Assembly (NCBI GenBank): GCA_046964515.1
Contig: JBKUYM010000005.1
Span: 24,021 to 88,020 of the forward strand
From: Clostridia bacterium
GTDB lineage: Bacteria > Bacillota > Clostridia > TANB77 > CAG-508
Direction: 5' to 3'
Length of the DNA: 64,000 nt
Shown here: positions 52,758 to 63,423 of the stretch, one piece after another
How the letters are laid out: each line of letters opens with the position of its first letter
Position numbering within the stretch: the first letter of the stretch is position 1
Translations under genes and position numbers: made by a program
Notes under the pieces: model-generated
What the model was told of the DNA's origin: nothing
Databases searched by the model: none
What the model saw: only the letters and a program-made list of their open reading frames with translations

Positions 52758-53068
52758 GGGTAGGTGGCCGAGTGGCTAAAGGCGGCAGACTGTGATCTTT
52801 AGTTGATTCAAAACTTAAATTTGCAGCTCATACAAGTGATTGTATGATGAAAACCGGGCTAATTCGGGGAATTCTAAGGATAAATTTTTTATCTATGACA
52901 ATCCCGAGCTAGAAAATTTATTTTCGAGTGTAGAGACTTTATACCTGGTATCTTGAAAAAGATAAAGAGAAAGTCCAGACTACAAACATTTTATGGTAGT
53001 GAAAACTATAGTAGTAAGAAATCTGTTCTCATACGAGTACGATGGTTCGAATCCATCCCTGCCCACCA
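52758..53068 (+). tRNA. tRNA-Tyr (GUA) gene interrupted by a 225-nt intervening sequence between anticodon-loop nucleotides 35 and 36.
   Basis: Exon 1 GGGTAGGTGGCCGAGTGGCTAAAGGCGGCAGACTGT and exon 2 AAATCTGTTCTCATACGAGTACGATGGTTCGAATCCATCCCTGCCCACCA join to a class II tRNA nearly identical in architecture to B. subtilis tRNA-Tyr (loop CUGUAAA, long variable arm, encoded CCA). Confidence 0.75.
52794..53018 (+). ncRNA. Putative self-splicing group I intron (225 nt, no ORF) inside tRNA-Tyr.
   Basis: 5' exon ends in U and the intron ends in G (omega G). One internal guide sequence AUUUGCAG (intron nt 26-33) pairs with the exon 1 end CUGU (P1, with the U.G wobble at the splice site) and with the exon 2 start AAAU (P10). 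R-like element CCAGACUACAAAC pairs with GUAGU just before the 3' splice site (P7-like). GAAA-capped hairpins (UAUCUUGAAAAAGAUA, UAGUGAAAACUA) are present. Confidence 0.55.
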
Positions 53069-53106
53069 AAAATATCGTAAAATGCATTTTACGATATTTT
53101 TATTTT
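53069..53106 (+). terminator. Rho-independent terminator after tRNA-Tyr.
   Basis: AAAATATCGTAAAATGCATTTTACGATATTTT hairpin plus a T-run. Confidence 0.7.
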
Positions 53107-53165
53107 CTTAATTTTTTTATTCTTTATTTTCTCTTTCCAAAACTAATAAATTACATTTAAAGGAT

Positions 53166-53589
53166 GTGAAATTCATGTATTTTCATACCAACAAGCAAAA
53201 AGGAAATACTAGTCTTGCTATTGCCATTGCTTATTATGTATCCAATGGTTATACAATCTCTATTCCATTAAATGATACGCAGGATTATGACTTAATTATC
53301 GATAAAGCTAATCATTTGAAAAAAGTTCAAGTCAAATCTACATCTTGTAAAACAAAATACGGTACTTATCAAGTTTCTTTAAAAAGTTGTGGCGGTAGCA
53401 ATCGGAAAGACTTATAAAACATTAATAGATACGAACATTGATGAAGTCTTTATCTTAAATGAACTTTTAGAAATTTATATTATCCCCTTTTCTATTATAA
53501 AAAATAAGTGCTCTTTAAATCTGTGTAATAGATATGAAGAATATAAAATTTTTCCAAAAAACCAAAAAAATTTTCCATATTTTAGATAA
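53166..53589 (+). CDS. PD-(D/E)XK nuclease-fold protein (Hjc/archaeal-resolvase-like), interrupted by a +1 frameshift at 53403. ORF-track fragments are 53166..53417 and 53389..53589.
   Basis: KGNTSLAIAIAYYVSNGYTISIPLNDTQDYDLIIDKANHLKKVQVKSTS parallels the Hjc core (G-S-S...D-x-I-A...E/Q-x-K-S-T). AAT CGG AAA gives GGSNRKDL*. Deleting the C gives ...CGGSNGKTYKTLIDTNIDEVFILNE..., continuous with the second ORF. Confidence 0.5.
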
Positions 53590-53722
53590 TTTTTTTGGTT
53601 TGATTAGTATTATTTAAATCAAATGTTTCTATTGAAATTTTTCACAAAATATTCTAATGATTTCTAATAATATATTTTCTTTAAAATTAAAAAATTTAAT
53701 CCGACTGCACAACTATTTCTGT

Positions 53723-54385
53723 TTAATAATCTAAATAATAATTTTTTATTTTATCTATTGTACCATCTGCTGAAATTTTTTTCCATTCTTCTTTATATAT
53801 ATTTTTTGTATATTCCTTATTTAAGTAATCTTTTTCAAATTTATCTCTTTTTTTAACTAAAATTGGATTATTGGTCCAAAGATTAAAATGTCCAAATCCT
53901 TCTATTCTTTTTGTCATATATGAATAACATCTTTCAAAATGTTCTTCAAAAGTAGTTAAATCGGGATAATTTTTTATTGAAGTAGCTAATTGTCTTTTAG
54001 CTAATATTTCAATATCAAAATCTCGATCTGAATCTGAAAGAATTTTCCCATACATATTTCTTGGAGTCTCTTTTCTAGAACCTCTATGGTCTTCAATTGC
54101 TTCTTTCATTTCTTCAATTTCAGCATCAGAAAAATACTTTTTCATTTGTTGGTCTTTCACAAAAATTTCCCCTGATTCTTTTTCATGATTATCTCTATTA
54201 GAATAAAGTCCAACATCATGGTATGCAGCAATTGTGTATGCTTTATTTATATCTAAATTATAGTAATTTGCTAACATTAAGCAGTTGTTAATTACATTAT
54301 TCACATGTAACATCCCATGTGAATAATATCTACGATACATTGGAAATATATTTTTTTCTATATATTGTTTTAACTCTTGGTTCAT
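53723..54385 (-). CDS. HD-domain phosphohydrolase.
   Basis: HGMLHV ... AAYHDVG ... EDHRG ... DSDRD metal-binding motif set of the HD superfamily. Confidence 0.6.
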   Translation of the reverse strand: MNQELKQYIEKNIFPMYRRYYSHGMLHVNNVINNCLMLANYYNLDINKAYTIAAYHDVGLYSNRDNHEKESGEIFVKDQQMKKYFSDAEIEEMKEAIEDHRGSRKETPRNMYGKILSDSDRDFDIEILAKRQLATSIKNYPDLTTFEEHFERCYSYMTKRIEGFGHFNLWTNNPILVKKRDKFEKDYLNKEYTKNIYKEEWKKISADGTIDKIKNYYLDY

Positions 54386-54696
54386 ATAATAATCTCCGTT
54401 TCATAATACTATAAAATATTCTAACATATTTTATAGACAGTTACAAGAACACATACTAAATTATATAAAAAACAACCATATTATTTAGAAAAATTAAATT
54501 TTTATAAATTGCAATGTGAGAGCAATAATCATTATAATGAGCACTCAAAAAAAGAAATCGAAAAGATGTTAAAACAAATTTATAAATCCACAAATCCTAT
54601 TTGCCTGCCCTAGTATTTTTATTAGTTATAAATTTTTTCAAAAAAAGTTTACCTATCAATAAAATAGGTAAACTCTGTCTTTATCTCTATATTTTT

Positions 54697-55539
54697 CTAA
54701 TTTTGTGCATCTCTGCCTTCTGGTAAAGCTGGTACTTCTAAAACCACTCTTACTTTAAACATATATTTAACGGCTCTTACAATTTTACTTTCTTTAATTC
54801 TTTGCCATAAAGAAGGTTTTACCTCAAAAGTAGTCTGCTGTTCATAGGTATCTTGTACTGGTTGTGTAGCTGGTTGCTCTTCTATTTTTTCTTCTACTAT
54901 ATTACTTACATTTTCCTCCGGTGTTGGAATTAGTTTTAAAGCATCTGCTACTTCTATACCAATATAACTTAATGCTTTTGATCTATCTTCTATTCTCTCC
55001 ATATCTATTTCAATATGTAAATTAGATTCCAAATTCACAATTCTAGCATTGATTAACTTAACAGCATCTTGATAATTTTGAGATTTCTTGGATTTTGCTT
55101 TTCCAATAATTTCTAATGTTTCAATAATATCTTCTGGAAAATCATCTTCTATTTCTTTTATAGAGTTTTTCCAACCCTCTTCTTTATTTTCCACATTTTC
55201 TAAAGTATCTTTTAAAACACCTGCTGCTGCAATATTTGCCTCTCTTTGACGAATCAATTCTTCTATTTGTTTTGTATTTTCTTCAAATTGGTTAGTAGCA
55301 AATTCCACTAATTCATAAGCAGCTTTATATACACTTGCTGGAAAATTTTTCTTTTTTGGATATTCTATTAAATAGGTTTTTATAGATTCTATTAAATCCT
55401 TAAAGTAAGAATCCTCTTCTAATTGAATAATTTGTTTCTTACTCTTAGGGTTAATTAATTTTTCTACTTTATCAATATTAGACAATATTTTTTCTTCTGT
55501 GATTACCATTCTCACATTTACTATGCCAGATCTAGACAT
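54697..55539 (-). CDS. Hypothetical acidic coiled-coil protein (280 aa).
   Basis: ORF with a hairpin plus U-run terminator at about 54630-54670. No confident family. Confidence 0.35.
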   Translation of the reverse strand: MSRSGIVNVRMVITEEKILSNIDKVEKLINPKSKKQIIQLEEDSYFKDLIESIKTYLIEYPKKKNFPASVYKAAYELVEFATNQFEENTKQIEELIRQREANIAAAGVLKDTLENVENKEEGWKNSIKEIEDDFPEDIIETLEIIGKAKSKKSQNYQDAVKLINARIVNLESNLHIEIDMERIEDRSKALSYIGIEVADALKLIPTPEENVSNIVEEKIEEQPATQPVQDTYEQQTTFEVKPSLWQRIKESKIVRAVKYMFKVRVVLEVPALPEGRDAQN

Positions 55540-55721
55540 TGTAAACTCTCCTCCTTTGTCCTATGTATTTGTTATCTGTCTTACTTCATTCTACAAAAAT
55601 TTACAATAGGATTCTTAATCTATTATATTTCAACTTCTATCTCATTTTAATACATTTTCATCCTATGTGTCAATAGTCAAACTCGTATTTCCGTAAAATG
55701 TAACAGAACTGTAACAATTTT

Positions 55722-57611
55722 TTATTGTTTATCTTCTTGTTTTTCTTTATCCTTATTAATTTCTACATATCTTTTAATTTTCATGGTGGTTGTTTTTACA
55801 AATTCATCTTTTTTTATTTCTAAGTTTTTAATAGCTTTATAGGATGGTGATTTTTTATTAATTAATTTTATTTGTTCCCAAATTATATCGTAAATTTGTT
55901 TTTCTGTTAAATTTTTTCCATGTCTTGCTTCAATTTCTTCATAGTTTGGAATAACTTTCACAGAAATCACTAACTCTTTTTCTCCTTCTTGTTCCTTTCC
56001 ATATACCATACATTCTGCAATTTCTGGTATATCCCCTAATAATAATTCTAATTCTTCAGGGTAAATATTTTTTCCATTTTGCGTAACAATCACATTTTTA
56101 GTTCTTCCTGTAATATATAAAAATCCTTCTTCATCTAAGTAACCCACATCACCAGAGTGAAACCATCTATTACCGTTTTCATCTACCTCAATTACTTCTT
56201 TGGTTGCTTCTTCATCTTCATAATAGCCTAACATTAAAGTATCACTTTTAATCAAAACTTCTCCTTCTTGTTTTTCATTTGGATGATCAATCTTTATTTC
56301 TGCACAAACAACTGCCTTTCCTGCAGAACCCACTTTAGGATTAAATTCTGGCGTTAATGCTGCAATAGGTGCTGTTTCTGTTAAACCATATCCTTGTAGA
56401 AAAGAAATTCCAATATCTTGTACCCATTTTCCAACCTTTGGATCTATTGGTGCTGCTGCAGATACAATAATTCTTAATTTTCCGCCCAAGTTTTCATAAA
56501 TTTCATTAAATACCTTTTTCTTAATATCTACGCCTACGCCTTTTAAAGCATTCGTAATGTGAATCATAGAATTAACTAAGCCTGCTTTTCCACTCTTTTG
56601 GATAGTAGCGTTTATTTTTCTATACAAATTTTCAATTAAAAGTGGAACAGCCAATAAAGCCGTTGGTTTTGTTTCCTTTAAATCTGGTACAATATACTTT
56701 AATCCTTGACAAATTGCCACAGAACAACCATTAGCCATTGGTAATAAAAAGCCTATACTAGATTCATAAGTATGATGTAATGGTAATACTGAAAATAATC
56801 TATCACTTTCATATAATTTTACATAGGCACTAACTGCATTTACATTCTGAGCTAAGTTTTTATTAGAAATCATAACCCCTTTTGAATTAGAAGTCGTACC
56901 AGATGTAAAAATTAGTACTTTAAAAGCATCTGGATCTATTGGTATTTCCATAAAAGACTGATCACCTGTTTCCACTAAAGCTTTTCCTTCTTTTAGGATA
57001 GTATCAAATCCAATATCTCTTCCTTCTAATATATCTTCACTATTCATTTGAATAAAGTATTTTACTTCTGGTAACTTATCTTCTACCTTTTTTATAACTT
57101 CTTTTTTCTTTGTAGAGTAAATAACCGCAGCAGCTCTTGATCTTCTAATTACATTTTCTATTTCATTAGCTGGTAATTCTTTATCTACTGGTACAGCAAC
57201 TCCAACGCCACAAAGTATAGCCATATAAGAAACGTACCAATTATAGGTATTTTCACCTATTATAACCACTCTTTGTTCTTGCAATCCATATTTTTTAGTA
57301 AGTGCTGTTCCTAAAGCAATAACATCATTTGCAAATTCTGTATAGGTAATTTGTTTAAATGCTTCTTTGGGATTAAATTTTTCTAGCATAAAAATATTAT
57401 TCGCATACATTTCTTTCGATCTCGTAAAGATTTCTTTAATGGTTTGATAATTCGTTATTTCATATTGTTTTTGCTTTTCCTTCGGTGTAACTTCTGCTTT
57501 CTTCTTTAATTCTTCATAGTCTACTTTTACTTCTTCTATGTTCTCGATTTCTTTCATTTTTATTTTTGGAAATTTAAAATTTGGCATTTTAAAGTCTTTT
57601 AAGATTCTCAT
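55722..57611 (-). CDS. Long-chain-fatty-acid--CoA ligase (AMP-binding superfamily).
   Basis: AMP-binding motif IFTSGTTSNSKGVMISNKNL, hinge motif YGLTET, C-terminal ...GRTKN. Confidence 0.85.
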   Translation of the reverse strand: MRILKDFKMPNFKFPKIKMKEIENIEEVKVDYEELKKKAEVTPKEKQKQYEITNYQTIKEIFTRSKEMYANNIFMLEKFNPKEAFKQITYTEFANDVIALGTALTKKYGLQEQRVVIIGENTYNWYVSYMAILCGVGVAVPVDKELPANEIENVIRRSRAAAVIYSTKKKEVIKKVEDKLPEVKYFIQMNSEDILEGRDIGFDTILKEGKALVETGDQSFMEIPIDPDAFKVLIFTSGTTSNSKGVMISNKNLAQNVNAVSAYVKLYESDRLFSVLPLHHTYESSIGFLLPMANGCSVAICQGLKYIVPDLKETKPTALLAVPLLIENLYRKINATIQKSGKAGLVNSMIHITNALKGVGVDIKKKVFNEIYENLGGKLRIIVSAAAPIDPKVGKWVQDIGISFLQGYGLTETAPIAALTPEFNPKVGSAGKAVVCAEIKIDHPNEKQEGEVLIKSDTLMLGYYEDEEATKEVIEVDENGNRWFHSGDVGYLDEEGFLYITGRTKNVIVTQNGKNIYPEELELLLGDIPEIAECMVYGKEQEGEKELVISVKVIPNYEEIEARHGKNLTEKQIYDIIWEQIKLINKKSPSYKAIKNLEIKKDEFVKTTTMKIKRYVEINKDKEKQEDKQ

Positions 57612-57650
57612 TTTATACGTCTCCTTTTATTTTTCGATTTTTGATTCATT

Positions 57651-58229
57651 TTATACTTTCCTTAATTTTTTAATAAAGGCATTATCAATTTCTGCATATA
57701 ATTCCGGTACTTCTATATTTTTTTCTCTTCTTAATTTGTAAATCAAACTAGAACATACAAATCCAAAAACACCAGAAGCAATCACATTTGGATCTGCTTG
57801 TATAATTTCTTGTTTTTTCATTCCTTCTTCTACAATTTCTTGTATCATTTGAATGTATTCAAATACATAGTCTCTACACATTTTGCTTCTAGGACCGGTT
57901 CCCCATATTTGGCTTAAAATAATCGTCATAAAACTTTCATATTTTACTAATACTTTTAATTCAATCAGTACAATTGCTCTTAATTTGTCTATAGAATTCG
58001 TTAATTTATCTGTTTTTATAGCAATACTATTTTTTAATAATTTAACCCCTTCTTCTACTAAGAATTTAAAAATCTCTTCTTTACTAGAAAAATGATAATA
58101 TAAGGTTCCTTTTGCAACACCTACTGTTGCTGTTATTTCTTCTATACTCGTTGCATCATATCCTTTTTCTGCAAACAATCGCATAGAAGTTTCGAATATC
58201 TTTCTTTTTGTTTTATTCATCCACTTCAC
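57651..58229 (-). CDS. TetR/AcrR family transcriptional regulator.
   Basis: N-terminal TetR HTH RKIFETSMRLFAEKGYDATSIEEITATVGVAKGTLYYHF. Confidence 0.8.
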   Translation of the reverse strand: MKWMNKTKRKIFETSMRLFAEKGYDATSIEEITATVGVAKGTLYYHFSSKEEIFKFLVEEGVKLLKNSIAIKTDKLTNSIDKLRAIVLIELKVLVKYESFMTIILSQIWGTGPRSKMCRDYVFEYIQMIQEIVEEGMKKQEIIQADPNVIASGVFGFVCSSLIYKLRREKNIEVPELYAEIDNAFIKKLRKV

Positions 58230-58330
58230 CTTTTTTAATAAAATCTTAAGTAATTATATAATTTTCTTGGTATTTTTGCAAGTAAATTCCAAAGAAAAAG
58301 GAAAGAATCCACTGCTTCTTTCCTTTGTTC

Positions 58331-59341
58331 TCATTTTCTAGTCTTGCCATCTAAAGTATCTAAATTATCCAATGCTTTTCCTGTTCCTAAAGCAACACAG
58401 GAAACGGCATCTTGGGCTATCATAACATTGATTCCAGTTTTCTCTTGCAAAAGTTTATCTAAACCGTCTACCAAACAGCCCCCTCCTGTCATATAAATGC
58501 CTTTGTCACTAATATCTGCTGCTAATTCTGGTGGCGTCTTTTCTAAAACAGAATGCACAGCATCTACAATCATAAGAGCTGGTTCCATTAAAGCTTCTAA
58601 CATTTCACTAGAATAAATCGAAACAGTCTTTGGAAGTCCTGTTACTAAATCTCTTCCTCTAATATCCATTTGTGCATCTTGTATTTTTGGATATACACAT
58701 CCAATATTTATTTTTAAATCCTCTGCAGTTCTTTCCCCTATCATAACATTATGTTTTTTCTTGATATATTTTACAATTGCCTCATCAAATTTATCACCAG
58801 CAATTTTTAAAGAAGTACTAACCACAGAACCACCTAAAGAAATAACAGCAATATCCGTAGTTCCTCCGCCAATATCTACCACCATATTGCCACATGGTTT
58901 TGAAATATCAATTCCTGCACCAATAGCTGCTGCAATTGGTTCTTCTATTAGGTATACTTTTCTAGCACCTGCTTGTGAAGCAGCATCAATTACTGCTTTT
59001 TTTTCTACTTCTGTTACTTGCGAAGGTATGCATATCATAATTCTTGGTGAAAATACAAATTTACCACATACTTTACCAATAAAATATTTTAACATTTTTT
59101 CTGTTACTGTATAATTAGAAATAACACCATCTCTTAACGGTCTAGTTGCTACAATATTTCCTGGTGTTCTTCCTAGCATTCTTCTTGCTTCTTTTCCTAC
59201 AGCTAGTACATTTCCTGTATTATTATCTACTGCAACTACAGATGGTTCACGAAGTACAATTCCTTTTCCTTTTGCATAAGCAATTACAGTGGCTGTTCCT
59301 AAATCTATTCCAATATCTTGTCCAAAGCCGAACATTTGCAT
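58331..59341 (-). CDS. mreB: Rod-shape-determining actin homolog MreB/Mbl.
   Basis: Actin-fold phosphate motifs DIGIDLGTATV, VVDIGGGTTDIAVIS, MTGGG. Confidence 0.9.
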   Translation of the reverse strand: MQMFGFGQDIGIDLGTATVIAYAKGKGIVLREPSVVAVDNNTGNVLAVGKEARRMLGRTPGNIVATRPLRDGVISNYTVTEKMLKYFIGKVCGKFVFSPRIMICIPSQVTEVEKKAVIDAASQAGARKVYLIEEPIAAAIGAGIDISKPCGNMVVDIGGGTTDIAVISLGGSVVSTSLKIAGDKFDEAIVKYIKKKHNVMIGERTAEDLKINIGCVYPKIQDAQMDIRGRDLVTGLPKTVSIYSSEMLEALMEPALMIVDAVHSVLEKTPPELAADISDKGIYMTGGGCLVDGLDKLLQEKTGINVMIAQDAVSCVALGTGKALDNLDTLDGKTRK

Positions 59342-59530
59342 CTTCCTTTCAAGTATTTTTATCTCTTTTTCATTATTTCCGTTTTATTACAAATCTGTTA
59401 CAATTATATTACGTTTTTATAAAAATAGCAATCTTTATCCTAAAATTTTTTTAAGTTTCTATGAAAAGTATACCCAAAAAAAAGAAAACCTTACTAGTTT
59501 TCTTTTTTCTATAGCTTTTAAAAATTGTTT

Positions 59531-60004
59531 TTAGCCAAAATAGCATAGTAGGATAATACTACTAATTAACATAGCAAAATTCATGGTTGGGTCAGATACT
59601 TTCTGTTCTTCTGTTATCTCTTCATTCATATTTTCTACTACATCTAACACCACTTTATCCACTTTATTATAATTAAATTTTCTTTCAAAATCTAATTTTT
59701 CTCCAGGTTTTAATTGCGTAATTTCTACATATTTTGTTCCCATTAACACATCATGTTTGGAATAAAATTCTAATTTTATGTATTCATTTTTAATTGTTTG
59801 GTCTGTACTATTTACTAAATTCCCTGTAACTTGTCCGTTAACGGATGTCGCTTTTACTTCTACTTGTATAGGTATATCTGCCTTTATGGTATAGCTTTTT
59901 TCATGGTATGTTGTATGAATTGCAAAGAAAATCATAATTTGAGAAAATAGAAAAAAAGCCACTACCAATATTGCATAAATAAAAAATGTTTTTAATCTTT
60001 GCAT
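59531..60004 (-). CDS. Hypothetical membrane protein with N- and C-terminal TM helices.
   Basis: ORF only. Confidence 0.35.
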   Translation of the reverse strand: MQRLKTFFIYAILVVAFFLFSQIMIFFAIHTTYHEKSYTIKADIPIQVEVKATSVNGQVTGNLVNSTDQTIKNEYIKLEFYSKHDVLMGTKYVEITQLKPGEKLDFERKFNYNKVDKVVLDVVENMNEEITEEQKVSDPTMNFAMLISSIILLCYFG

Positions 60005-60050
60005 AAATTTTCTCCATTCTTGGTTGTTCTAATTTTCCCTCTTTTGCTTC

Positions 60051-60707
60051 TTATTTTATTTTTCTAAATACACCAGATACTTTTCCTAGTATTTCACAAT
60101 TAGGAACGATAATAGGATCCATTGTACTATTTTCTGGTTGTAAACGGATGTGATCTTTTTCTTTGTAAAAAGTTTTAACAGTAGCTTCTTCTCCAATCAA
60201 AGCAACAACAATTTCTCCATTGTTAGCGGTATTCTGTTTTTTTACTAAAATATAATCCCCATTTAAAATACCTGCTTCAATCATACTTTCTCCTCTTACA
60301 GTTAGCATAAAGCTTTCACTATTTCCTACAAAATCAAGAGGAATTGGAAAAGTATCTGTTACATTTTCTACTGCTAAAATTGGTTCTCCTGCTGTAATTT
60401 TACCAATTACAGGAACATCGACCATTTCTCTTCCAGTATATAAATTCTTCATTTCTTGCTTCTTTTCTCCTGAAGCATTTTTGATTAGTCTAAGTGTTCT
60501 TCCTTTTTGATCTTCCTTCTTAATATATCCTTTTTCTGCTAATTTTGCTAAATATCCATGTACGGTAGCAGTAGAATTTAATCCTACCGCTTTACCAATT
60601 TCTCTTACTGAAGGTGGATAACCATTCTCATCTATTTGTTTTTCAATAAATTTTAATATGGATTTTTCTCTTCTATTTATTTCCATAGGATCCTTTTTTT
60701 CTCTCAT
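60051..60707 (-). CDS. lexA: LexA repressor (SOS transcriptional repressor/autopeptidase).
   Basis: N-terminal winged HTH. Cleavage-site and S24 peptidase motifs VRGESMIEAGI and the catalytic Lys region GEIVVALIGEEATVKTF. RBS AGGAGTGA. Confidence 0.9.
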   Translation of the reverse strand: MREKKDPMEINRREKSILKFIEKQIDENGYPPSVREIGKAVGLNSTATVHGYLAKLAEKGYIKKEDQKGRTLRLIKNASGEKKQEMKNLYTGREMVDVPVIGKITAGEPILAVENVTDTFPIPLDFVGNSESFMLTVRGESMIEAGILNGDYILVKKQNTANNGEIVVALIGEEATVKTFYKEKDHIRLQPENSTMDPIIVPNCEILGKVSGVFRKIK

Positions 60708-60808
60708 TTACATCACTCCTAATTTAATTTTACCTTATCTTATCATACAAACAAAAAAATGTCAAACAAAAGTTTCAATTTCATTTGACATTTCCTTATT
60801 TATTTAAA

Positions 60809-62098
<1,290 letters not shown>

Positions 62099-62264
62099 TT
62101 ATTCTTTATTTTTTATAAGTCATTTTTTCTTCCTTCTATTCCATCTTGCGGTCTAAATGCAGGAGACATTATTAACATTAATTTCATTTTTCCTGCGAAA
62201 ACAAATTCTGTTTTTGGAGGAATCTCAATAACATCTCCTTGTTGCACTTTTATTTTCTCTTCTT

Positions 62265-63281
62265 TTATTTTATAAAATAGTCTAATTTCATAGCTTTTTT
62301 CACTTTTTTCATAGTTTCTTTAGCAACAGCTTGTGCCTTTGTAGTTCCCTCTAATAAAATTTTATCTACTAATTCTGGATGTTGTTCATAATAATTTCTT
62401 TTTTCTCTAATTGGTCTTAAAGTTTCTATAATATTTTGTGCTAATTGTTTTTTGCAAGCAACACAACCTCTTTTACCTGCTCTACACTCTTCACAAACAT
62501 CATTAACTTCTTCTTGAGAACTAAATAATTGATGATAATAAGCAACCATACAAATATCAGGATTTCCTAAATCATCTTTTTTTATTCTACCCGGGTCTGT
62601 AACAGCACTCATAACTTTTTTAGTAATCTCTTCCTCTGTATCTGCTAAATAAATAGCATTTCCTAGTGATTTTCCCATCTTATCATTTCCATCTAGCCCT
62701 TTAATTCTTTTACCGCTAGATAGAACCGCTTCTGGTTCTATTAATACTTCTCCATAAATACTATTAAATTTTCGTACAATTTCTCTACATTGTTCAATCA
62801 ATGGTAACTGATCTTCTCCTACTGGTACCAATGCACCTTCAAAGGCTGTAATATCTGCCGCTTGGCTTACTGGATAACCTAAAAATCCATAAGTTACACT
62901 TTCTCCAAACAAATCCTTTTTTTGCGCAATTTCTGTTTTTACTGTAGGATTTCTTTGTAATCTAGCAATTGTTACCAAATTAGAGTAAAATACAGTAAGT
63001 TCAGCTACCTCAGGTATCATAGATTGTATATATATAGTACTTTTTTGTGGATCAATTCCACAAGCTAAATAATCCATAGCAACTTGTCTTACATTATTTC
63101 TGACTTTTTCTGGATTGTGAAAATTATCTGTTAAAGCTTGCACATCTGCAATTAATATATATGGATCATACAATCCTGCATTTTGCATTTCTACTCTTGT
63201 TTTTAAGGAACCAAAATAATGACCAATATGCAATCTTCCTGTTGGTCTATCTCCTGTTAGAATACGTTTTTTATCTGTCAT
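62265..63281 (-). CDS. trpS: Tryptophanyl-tRNA synthetase.
   Basis: ILTGDRPTGRLHIGHYFG (HIGH) and KMGKS (KMSKS) motifs. 338 aa. Confidence 0.95.
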   Translation of the reverse strand: MTDKKRILTGDRPTGRLHIGHYFGSLKTRVEMQNAGLYDPYILIADVQALTDNFHNPEKVRNNVRQVAMDYLACGIDPQKSTIYIQSMIPEVAELTVFYSNLVTIARLQRNPTVKTEIAQKKDLFGESVTYGFLGYPVSQAADITAFEGALVPVGEDQLPLIEQCREIVRKFNSIYGEVLIEPEAVLSSGKRIKGLDGNDKMGKSLGNAIYLADTEEEITKKVMSAVTDPGRIKKDDLGNPDICMVAYYHQLFSSQEEVNDVCEECRAGKRGCVACKKQLAQNIIETLRPIREKRNYYEQHPELVDKILLEGTTKAQAVAKETMKKVKKAMKLDYFIK

Positions 63282-63423
63282 TTAAATTCCTCCTATTTTT
63301 CTAATTTTAGATATAATCTATTATATCTAATTTTTACCATTTTTACAAGGTAAGAGCCTAAAGTTTTTACTTTTGGTCATAAAAAAGAAAGAGCTATTTT
63401 TTAGCTCTTCCTTTGTGTAACTC

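Noticed and set aside
52794-53018. The tRNA-Tyr insertion as an archaeal or eukaryal-type BHB intron, or as an IStron or mobile element.
   Set aside because: Its position (35/36, not 37/38), the absence of a bulge-helix-bulge motif, the absence of any ORF, and the presence of a U.G, omega-G and IGS arrangement favour a group I ribozyme.
63282-63423. T-box leader upstream of trpS.
   Set aside because: The 142-nt intergenic region contains only the terminator of the upstream gene and no GGUGGNACCGCG motif, and is too short for a T-box.
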